NCBI RefSeq assembly: GCF_006345805.1
Contig: NC_043003.1
Location: 15,934,001-15,998,000 of the forward strand
Source of the DNA: Octopus sinensis
Lineage: Eukaryota
Direction: 5' to 3'
DNA length: 64,000 bases
The notes under the pieces were generated by a model that saw nothing but the letters and a program-made list of their open reading frames with translations, was not told where the DNA came from and ran no database searches. The position numbers were made by a program, and so were the translations under genes. Positions 53,814 to 64,000 of this stretch are shown here, piece after piece; positions within the stretch are counted from its first letter, which is position 1, and every line of letters starts with the position of its first letter.

Positions 53814-55657
53814 TGTATGTATGCATACATGTATGCATGTATGTATGTATGTATGTATGTATGTATGTATGTATGTATGTATGTATGTATGTATGTGAAT
53901 CCAGCAAATCTACTTTGTATAGCACAGTTTATACATTATTTTTGTATGCGTAGACGAGTTTCCATTTTTGCTTTCAGAAAGGTTCAATCGCTTCCGGCAA
54001 AATCAGTTGATAAAATAACGAACAGTTATCCCTCTCCGTCATCGCTACTAGCATGAACTCATATCGGAGTTATATCTAAAATACCCCCAAAATATACGTA
54101 TATGTTTCCTTCACTAATGATACTGAGCTGGCAATCGAAATCCAGCAGCGTTTATAGAGTAAAGTGGCAAAGATTTTATTACTAAGTCTCGAAATTGCTA
54201 TTGTATTGTGCGTGCATATCCACTATTATATCTATTTCATTGCAAAAATTGCCAGTTCTCTATTATTCCAATTAAAATCAATACGAAACTGCTACCTCTC
54301 ATTTTGAGATTGCATTACTGTCACGATATCTACAGCTTGCAGTATTTGATATTGAATATTAAAACGATTTGTTAAAACGATTTATCTAAATATTCCGTCA
54401 TTCCAGAGAAAACTTAAGACTCTAAATATATTTATCTATGACTAACTTATTATAAATATAACAACAAAAATTAACACTCACAAATATATACATTATTTAA
54501 TCATAAAACAGAGACTATTTCTGAAAAACATCTTTAGTTAATTATTATTCATTAATATAATGCTAATTTTTAATTGCAAGCAATAAATATTTTCCTTTTC
54601 AGCTTTCGTTTTAAATCAAGATAATCTATTATATTAATATTCAACTTTTACTTATGAAACTATACGAATTAAAATTGTTTAAAAAGTAAATACATAAATT
54701 AATTACAATTCACTGCTTATCACAAACGCATCTGGTTTGAGCAGCAGAAAAGAGCGTCAATTAAGAATTTACCACAGCAAACATCTTTTGTTGAAAAGCC
54801 GGATGTAGCTTTCAAAGTGTTTCTTTGTTAATGATTAATATGGCGCAATGAAACCACAGCTAACGTCCTCCTGATTGGTTGAGATTTGATATTGAGAAGA
54901 ATGGCGTCATACTCAGCAGAATTTGAGGAGTATTTAACAGAAGTTGAGAATATAATTATGTAGAATGAGAAGCCTTACTGGCCTCAAATTGCAGAACTTG
55001 ATGGAGACATTCTTCATGTTTGTATTGATCAAATAAAGATATCAGCAACGCTAATTTGCAGTCTCATTTATAATACAGAGAATACAAACAAAAAACATGG
55101 CAAATGAATATAATCTAAGTAGCTGATTTGATGCTGTTTCAGACGTATTTCGAATAGAATAATACAAAGATGAATAAAGAGCTGTAAGTAGGAAGAAAAC
55201 TGTTATCATTGTTGACGTATTTTTATTGTTATTGTAAGTTGAATTTTTTACAGTCGTCTTTTCAACGAATTTATGTTATTTTCTACAACACATCCAGATG
55301 TGCTCTTAGTGGGTGTGTACGAGTGTGTGCATGTGTATATGTGTATACGTATGTGCTTGCGCGTGTGTATGTTTGCGTGTAGTATTGTATTGTTTTTCGA
55401 GAATGCAGGATTCTGTTTATTTGCTAAATCTACAGGTTTTATTTTATAGGAAAATGTTTCTTTGGCTGTTTCTGTGTTGCTTAAGTATTTCATTTGCTTA
55501 TATAAAATATATTACCTGTTATACTCAATTGTTTACTGATTGTATTTTGCATTCGTTATGCCAGTTGTATTATCTCAGTTATAGTTTCTAGTTGTGATCG
55601 TAAAGAATATGTGCTGCCTAGATTTATAGTATAGGGTAAGAATTATGCAAAATAAAT

Positions 55658-55874
55658 ATTTCTTTACTAACCACAAGAGGGGACAAACAAGGACAGACAA
55701 ACGGATTAAGTCGATAATATCGACCCCAGTGCGTAACTAGTACTTAATTTATCGACCCCGAAAGGATGAAAGGCAAAGTCGAATTCTGCGGAATTTGAAC
55801 TCAGAGCGTAACGGCAGACGAAATACCACTAATCATTTCGCCCTGCGTGCTAACGTTTCTACCAGCTCGCCGTC
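55658..55874 (-). mobile_element. SINE family A monomer
   Basis: Homologous to 10111-10341; aattatgca on both flanks. Confidence 0.88.
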
Positions 55875-56094
55875 TTAATTATGCAGAACATAGGTTGAGT
55901 GAGGTTAAAGTATTATGTGTGAGGAGATAAAATGTCGTTTATAATGTAAACTATCTATTGTGTGGAAATATATCAAACGGTACCAATTGTGCAGAATGTT
56001 AAGTGATGACTGAAAGAGTAGGGAAGCAAGTACAAGCGACCGAAATTGAACCCTTCAGAAAGGATCTCTGGTGTAACATTACTTGACAACGTAT

Positions 56095-56245
56095 GTAGCA
56101 TGGAGTTCAGGAAGTCTCTTCACATCGAGCCTCTATTTTCTGTGCAGTGAGAGATCACAATTGTGGAATGATAGACTTGTGATTAGAATGTCGCAGGAAA
56201 GGATAGCGAGACAGATTCTTCCGGTCAAGCCAACCAGCTTGGCAA
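56095..56245 (+). pseudogene. RTE LINE C-terminal remnant
   Basis: SERSQLWNDRLVIRMSQERIARQIL resembles IERSQLRW.GHV.RM..ER. Confidence 0.6.
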
Positions 56246-56456
56246 CCCGTGACAACAGCTTGACAACCGGTGTTGTTTTCTATACGTCGCCGTAACAAAG
56301 CGATTCGGCAAAAGAGGCCTATAGAATACGCACCAGTATTAAAAGACTAAGTACTGGGGGTCAATTTATTCGACTAAACCCTTCAAGGTTGTACAACAGC
56401 ATGGACGCAGTTCAATGACTAAAACAAATAAAAGATGATATATTTATACATATATA

Positions 56457-56504
<48 letters not shown>

Positions 56505-56505
56505 C

Positions 56506-56568
<63 letters not shown>

Positions 56569-56587
56569 CATATAAATATCAATATGT

Positions 56588-56644
56588 ATGCTATATCCCA
56601 TTGTAAATTGAATGTTAGGGTTTATATCATTTAATATGGAATTA
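56588..56644 (-). pseudogene. Penelope-like reverse transcriptase fragment inside a (TA)n tract
   Basis: [18 protein letters not shown] matches the LN...P.I.FT.E motif that follows YxDD in Penelope-like RTs. Confidence 0.65.
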
Positions 56645-56785
56645 TATATATGTATATATATATGTGCGTGTGTGTATATATATATACATACATATATATA
56701 TATATATATATACATATATATATACGTACGTATATGTCTGTGCGTATATGTGTGTGTATATATATATATATTATATATATATATA

Positions 56786-56826
<41 letters not shown>

Positions 56827-57194
56827 ATATATATATACTCACGAGTGCGCACACATACCGCCCTAGATATATATTTTCTCTTCTACTCGTTTCTGTCATT
56901 AGACGGCAGTCATACTGGGCCACCACCTTGAAGAATGTTAGTCGAATTTATCGACGCCCATAACTTATATTTCTTAAAGACTGGTATTTGTTCTATCGGT
57001 AGTTTTTGGGCCGGGCGTCTTAGTTATACGGACGTAAACTCAACAACACCGGTTGTCGTGCGGTGATGAGGGATAATCACACACATATAGAATATATATA
57101 TACATATATATATATAATATGTATATATATGTATATATGTATATATATATGTATATACATATATATATATGTGTATATATATATATATATATAT

Positions 57195-57257
<63 letters not shown>

Positions 57258-57260
57258 ATA

Positions 57261-57980
57261 CATAATAGAGAGTGACCACTATATGGTCGACTCTGGCGCT
57301 AAAAATAGATCCGCTATGGTATTAGCCACTAAAAAATTGTTTCCAAGGAAAGTCAGCACAACATTTAACGTAAACGAGCAGGGCACTTGAAAAATAACAA
57401 AAAATATAGATTAACTCTGGGCAATTGTTTCGCTATTAATGTAAATGCAATTTTACTTACACAACATCTATAGTTCATCAGCAGGATTTGTCTAGAATGC
57501 AATTTCTTAAACCGCTCGCCGAATTTCAACACAACGTTAAACACATGTGTTGTTCAATCGATTATATTCGAAGTTATGTTTCAAACTCCCTCGCTAAAAG
57601 CGCGCTAAAGACTTCCGGAAATAAATACTGCATAAAAGATTTACTGCAGTATAATTAAAATCAAAAAATAAGGGTGGAAAGTTGGATATTAATTTAATAA
57701 TACCATGAATTTAACACCAAGTGGCTTTTTTGTTATTTTTCAAGTGCCCTGCTCGTTTACGTTAAATGTTGTGCTGACTTTACTTGGAAACAATTTTTTA
57801 GTGGCTAATACCATAGCGGATCTATTTTTGGCGCCGCCAGAGTCGACCATATAGTGGTCACTCTCTTATGTATGTGTATATAAATTTTTATTGTATCCCT
57901 GGTTTTTATGCGCTAAGCCACTTGGTGTTAAATTGATGGTATTATTAAATTAATATCCAACTTTCCACCCTTATTTTTTG

Positions 57981-57984
<4 letters not shown>
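57261..57984. mobile_element. TA-flanked Penelope-like element with two interleaved inverted repeats
   Basis: IR1 57261-57404 versus 57727-57872; IR2 57659-57727 versus 57916-57984. Confidence 0.8.
57417..57484 (-). ncRNA. Hammerhead motif with long stem II, mutated at the cleavage triplet
   Basis: Minus strand ctg-CTGATGA-actat...atagc-GAA-ac aatt gc-C-cag; GCC in place of GUC. Confidence 0.6.
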
Positions 57985-58018
<34 letters not shown>

Positions 58019-59750
58019 CATACATAATAAATACATACATACATACATACTATACATATTATATATATATATATATATTATATATATATATATTAATATA
58101 TATATATATATATATATAATGCTTAGCGGTATTTCGTCTGTCTTTACGTTCTGATGTCAAATTCCGCCGAGGTCGACTTTGCCTTTCCTCTCCTTTCAGG
58201 GTCGATGAATTAAGTACCAGTCGCGTAATCGACTGGCCTCCTTCCCCAAAATTTTGGCCCTTGTGCTTAGAGTAGAAAAGGTAAGAAATTTTATATCCAT
58301 TTGCTCTGGATATACTGTACTCTTATTTAATTAAATATTTTATTCAGGAAAATACTGGAAAAAAGCGTTATCGCTTAAGGAGACGTAAGGAAAGTTATGT
58401 TTGCAGAGAGCTTTTGAATATAATTTTCAAGATTGAAATCTTTAAATAAATTAATCAGTTATTCCCTAAATATATTTGTTGCTTATTATTCCTGTATTTT
58501 TTTGTTTTGTTTTTATTTGTTTTGTTTTTCTCGAACCTTTGGACCCATAAGGCCGGTTACTCGGTCTCCATATATAAGTAACCGAGCTCATATTCTCTTT
58601 GAGCGGGATGCCAGTCCGTTATGGGGTTCAAGGCAGACATTTTGAGGGAAGGGGTAAGTCGATTATGTCGACCCTAGTTCATTACTGGTATTTTATTGTA
58701 TAGACGCTGAAGGGATGAAAGGCAAAGTCGACCTCAACGGGATTTGAACTCAAATCGTAAGGAACCTAAAATAAAACCGCCAATCATTTTGTCCGATGTG
58801 CCAACGATTCTGCCAATTTACCGCCTTTATTATTTTTTTTATAAAGCTATCGACACGGTACATTTCTGTTATTTAATTACAAATGTTATCAACACTGTAT
58901 CACCAGCTCTGTACAAAATTCTTTTTATTAAATTTAATTCAGTTTTGTGAGCATTATGGGTAAAATATAGTAACTAATTACTCTGAAAACTTCAATTTTT
59001 TTTATCCAGAAAACCCCAATAAAAATTTTAAAACATATTCAATCAAGATGTTTTTTTAAACGATATAAATATGGAAAAAAGGAGATATCGTTTTATGTAT
59101 CACAGTTTATTATATACAAATGAAAGAGATTTTCTTTTCTAATTTGTTTAACATACGGAATTCCAGTATGGCCACAACCAACGGACTAAAACTAATTAAA
59201 AAAGATAACAGCGGGACAGACTAGTTTTAATACGAGAATATGGTGATTAGAGACAGTTAATGATCCGGTGAAGAAGTTAGTAATACTCAGATAATACTCC
59301 ATGATAACAAACCAGATGAAATTGTATTGTCTCTTAATCCTCTTTATGACGGAAATGTTTTTGTCCTGTAATAGATAAACCAGAAACGTCATTAAATTTA
59401 AGGAATATTTCCTCTAAAACATCTTCACAAACAATACCAAATTGACTTTTGTATCGATTGATGAATTTAGGAGATAACTATCTGGAAATTAGAGGTATTA
59501 CTCTCACAGTCCTTTTAAAGTTGATATAGAATTTGCAGCGTAGTGTAATACAATTACATCCCTATCGTCTAATCGTCTACAAGCTAAGTACAATCGCTTT
59601 AGCTCTAGAGTTAATGGAAGCTAAATGTGATCTTGTATATACCCCTATGTGTACAGACATAGATGTATATAATACATACACACACACAGATATATAAATA
59701 AATACACACACACACACACATATATATATACATAAATATGTGTATGTATG

Positions 59751-59787
<37 letters not shown>

Positions 59788-59799
59788 ATGCATAAGTAC

Positions 59800-59835
<36 letters not shown>

Positions 59836-60472
59836 AATATGTATATATGTGTGTATGTATATCTATCTCTCTACATATATGTGTATGTATATGTGTGTGA
59901 GTGTGTTTGTATGTATGTATGTATGTATGTATGTATGTATGTATGTATGTATGTATTGCTATTAGGCAGAAATGTTTGGTACACACAAAAGTTGGTTTTA
60001 TAAAGATTACAAATTACTATAATGAGGTACTATCACGAAGTATTTTTGCGAATAAAATAAATACATTAGAAATAATGATAAAAACATTCGTAAACAAAAA
60101 AACAATACACATTATAGAAAACTATATATTATGGTACATCACCCCTTGTAATCGACAAGTAAGTAATTGCATTAGTAGAAATTTCCTAAATTATGAAGAC
60201 AAACATTTCCGCAACTATCGGAAATAGTATAAAAATTTCAACAATCAAAATATTAAAGTTAAGTATTCTACAGCTTGTAAGTGTAACTTTACCTTTGTCT
60301 ATGCACACAAGATTCGCCCGTTCAACAATTGATACTCCCATTCAAATAAGTAAATGTATGAACACTAACAGATATCATTTCAATGAAAAATATTTGACCA
60401 GCGCTAGGATTTGTTGTGTTAAGTGTTATGTATACATAACAACGTATTAATGAATATATATATACAACGGGA

Positions 60473-61200
60473 AGGCGGTGAGCTGGCAGAAACGTTGGCA
60501 CGTTCTGAGTTCAAATTCCGCTGAGGTCGACTTTGCCTTTCATCTTTTTGGGGTCGGGTCGATAAATTAAGTATCAGTTATACACTGGGGTAGATGTAAT
60601 CGACTTAATCCCTTTGTCTGTTCTTGTTTGTCCCCTCTATGTTTAGTTCCTTGTGGGCAATAAAGAAATAAGAAACGTTTGCTCGTTCTGAGTTCAAATT
60701 CCGCTAAGGTCGACTTTGCATTTCATCCTTTCGGGATCGATAAATTAAATACCAGTTGCGTACTGTACTCGATCTCATCGACTGGCCACCTCCCTCAAAA
60801 TTTCTAGGCCTTGTGTCTAGAATAGAAAAGAATATATTGCATGTTCCAAGGCGGGGAGCAGGCAGAAACGTTAGCACGCCGGGCGTAATGCTTAGCGGTA
60901 TTTCGTCTGCCGCTACGTTCCGCCGAGGTCAACTTTGCCTTTCATCCTTTCGGGGTCAATTAAATAAGTACCAGTTACGCACTGGGGTCGATATAATCGA
61001 CTTAATCCGTTTGTCCTTGTTTGTCCCCTCTGTGTGTAGTCCCTTGTGAGCAGTAAAGAAATAGGTATTTCGTCTGTCTTTACGTTCTGAGTTCAAATTC
61101 CGCGGAGGTCGACTATGCCTTTCATATTTTCGGGGTCGATAAATTGAGTACCAGTTGCGTACTGGGGACGATGTAATCGACTGGCCCCCTCCCCAACAAT
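60473..61200 (+). mobile_element. Cluster of two SINE family A dimers
   Basis: Heads at ~60474 and ~60850, each with a reiterated body. Confidence 0.85.
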
Positions 61201-62744
61201 TTTCTAATTAATTTATACCGTCACAATTAATTCTTTGAAATCTTTTATCCTTTCCATTCTGACTTCACCTCTTTCTATATTCTCCTTCTATCTATCTATC
61301 TTTCTATCTATCTACTAATCACTAGATAAATATTCTTATATCACAAATTGTTATATAGTTTACCGTAAAGAAATCCTTCTTATGCCTTTATGATTTATCG
61401 CCAGCACCCTTCCCTCTTCGTCTTTCAATCACTAATATATCGCTGCTATTATGCAAAAGTGTCTTAAGTCCAAAACAATGCTTTTCAGAAAACGAACAAA
61501 TAGTTTCACCATTCCATTTCTTTTTTACATTAGCAAAACCCTTGTACTACACTTTGACAATTTTCATCTGAAGCAAAGAATGAGAACGAAATAGAGAAGA
61601 AAGAGAAAATATGGGTTATAAGGCAATTTCAGCTGCTACTGGCATTCGGATTTCATCTGTCACTCAACGAACTTTTGTTATTTAGCTGTGCGTTTCCATT
61701 GGTTAACTATATTAAAGGTCTCCAAAACAAAGTTGAAAATAGCTGACTCACCTCCAAGTTTTAATGAAAAGTGTGAGTCAATCTAAGCTTATGAAACTGG
61801 ACTTCCTATGGCCTAAGTGAATCAAAACTCAACCATCAGTAATCACTATTCCCCCGTGGAACACGTACCTTAAAATCCGGCGAGGCGTCCACACAGCCAT
61901 GATCGTGTAGCTAGTTTTTTGTATAGTTTTTTGTATAGTTGTCTCGAATTTCCTTCCAGTTAGTTCAGGAATTCCGGAGCAAATGAAGTGGATGTCCAAT
62001 TTAATCCTTCTATAATTCGAGGGAAACAGAAGTCAGGACTCGAACAGAGATGGCAATTTTTCAGTTGATTCTCAAAGCGTAGGATTCTACCGCACATAAC
62101 TGCATGGAGTAATGTCGCTGTTTTAAATTCATTCCCATAAAGAGAGATTTCAGAATTTGGAAGTCTGTTCTTGCAATGTTTAGGTAAAAGACAAAAAATG
62201 TGTTTCCCTATGCAAATATTTTTCACAGTTTGTCTGCCTACAGAAAAATGTCCATGAAAATTCCCCTTCGCATTCCACGAAAGAAACAAAATTCTAAACA
62301 ATATTATTACCAGAACAAGTGTATAAAGAAGTGTATAAAAACGCACGTACGTTATAGAAAGAAAAAATGAATGTAAAGTTATTCTTATTTGAAACAGTAC
62401 CATTAATATATAGAAAAAACTAATAGTGTTTCCTGGTGTCAACAACATCAGTGACATTCATATAGACATGATTATAACGCCATGCTAGGAAAAAGAATAA
62501 TTTTCAGAATGGCAGTTTTTCATGCATAAACATGTACAAGACAGACAGACTTTATATAACTAACCTCAAAGGAAAAAGCGGTGCATTGACAAAGGTATAT
62601 TAGGCAACAAATTTCTTGAATGTATCATCTATTTATGTATCGTTAGAAATGGCATGTTCTTTCAGTTGTTCTCAAAACAACCGGAAGACGCCCACCGTGA
62701 GCGTTGTAAGGTTTACGTTATTCTTTGAGTGCTCTGGAAATTTA

Positions 62745-63300
62745 TGCCTCAACTAAGTTAAAACTGAAAGTTATATGCCTTGCCGCGGATTTGTGTCCAG
62801 TACGTGGGCAGAATGATATTCGGGGGCATCGGTAACGAATTTCATCACTAGTTCGTTGTAGCCTTCGGGTTGTAATAGTGCAAAGTCGATGCACAGATAA
62901 CAAACAGTGATAAGTCATGATGGGCAACATAATAAACTTACAATTAATAATGAGTCTCGAAAATGAAAAGTTCACAAACGAGCATTGAGCATATGAGCAG
63001 AGATAAATAGAGTGGGATTGATAGTTAGATGGAAAAGGCCTGTCGCTGTAGGCTCGATAGTATGAGATACTTGAAAGACCTTTTGCTTCGAAAGCTCGAG
63101 AAGCGATAGAAAGGATGGAGAAGAACAACAGGTTCAAGTCTTTAGACTTTCACTAGTTACAGGTATCGGAGCTGGAATTCTTATAGCGTCTCTACCGCAT
63201 CACAGTTTGCAGCTTTGAGTGTAGGCTGAAATTCCACCCTTAACTCACTCCTAAATGAGAAAAGGTAAGATAGCATCCTCCCAGTAGCACTTCTCCATCG
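62745..63300 (-). pseudogene. Possible very old LINE (jockey/L2-like) ORF2 C-terminal remnant
   Basis: Only weak motifs: GLSSISYYRAY and SFCPRT (compare SFFPRT). Confidence 0.3.
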
Positions 63301-64000
63301 TCTTGTGGAGAAGGAAGAATAGCAAGCTCATTTAGGGGCCAAGCCAAGGATTAAAAGCATTAAGGATAACTATAAAAATAGGAAACTCTTAGTCTCTTTA
63401 AAAAAAAGCAATGTGTGGAATAAAAATTTACCTGAAGCAAGTGAACACTTAATTCATACGCACACCAAGTCATTCATCTATAACTTCCATCAATATTCCA
63501 GTTAATCCGTAGTACTATCATTATGTACACTTGTTTACCTACTATGCATTATTATATCAACTATTTATCAAAGTTTTGAAACAGCTGTAAAGATATGTTT
63601 AACTCCTGTAAGATATATGTAACATCCCCAATAACTGATTACTTTACATGTACAGTTCATCATCTTTTTTTATTATATGTATACATACAGAAATAGATTA
63701 ATAAAGAAATAGAGAAATAAATATAGATACGCGAATATATACACATACACATACGAACAAACATACAAAAATACATACACAAGTATAGCAGACGCAAGTA
63801 CATATGGTATGTGCTTGCATATGTATATGTCAGTTTTCGCGTGTTCAAGTGTGTATATATCAGTTGTACATCTATCCATAAGCAAAGATACAAATCAATG
63901 GAATATAAATAAAAAGACGGCGATATTTGAGAAATTCCGATGCTATTTTATTAGAGAGACTATAAAAAGATGTAATTTAGCGTCATTAAATTTCGATTCC

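Noticed and set aside
61960-62457. 165-aa minus-strand ORF
   Set aside because: Non-ATG start, AT-rich low-information composition, no recognisable domain.

Overview
This is AT-rich, microsatellite-dense eukaryotic DNA with no intact protein-coding gene. Nearly every ORF in the supplied track is a translation of (TA)n/(CA)n/(ATAC)n tracts or of SINEs. The repeat complement looks like an Octopus (coleoid cephalopod) genome; this is inferred from recognising the SINEs, not from a search. The window holds: dozens of tRNA-derived SINEs of about four families, some as head-to-tail multimers and some with swapped tails; a full-length decayed DD41D-type Tc1/mariner element; hAT and pogo-like MITEs; a non-autonomous Helitron with an unexpected ~40-bp flanking duplication; and fragments of RTE, Dong/R4-like and CRE-like LINEs. 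The most interesting signal is a set of sequence-unrelated short elements, mostly embedded in (TA)n tracts, that carry minimal type-I hammerhead ribozyme motifs with a palindromic or near-palindromic stem III. Intact cores lie at 21662, 37954 and 45081, a U4C variant pair at 43572/44161, and several decayed copies elsewhere. Several of these elements are fold-backs, including a 339-bp near-perfect palindrome. A Penelope-type RT fragment sits in another TA tract. Stem II covaries between two copies, and one insertion junction maps onto the predicted self-cleavage site. Together this points to a diverse Penelope-like/retrozyme system that targets microsatellites.
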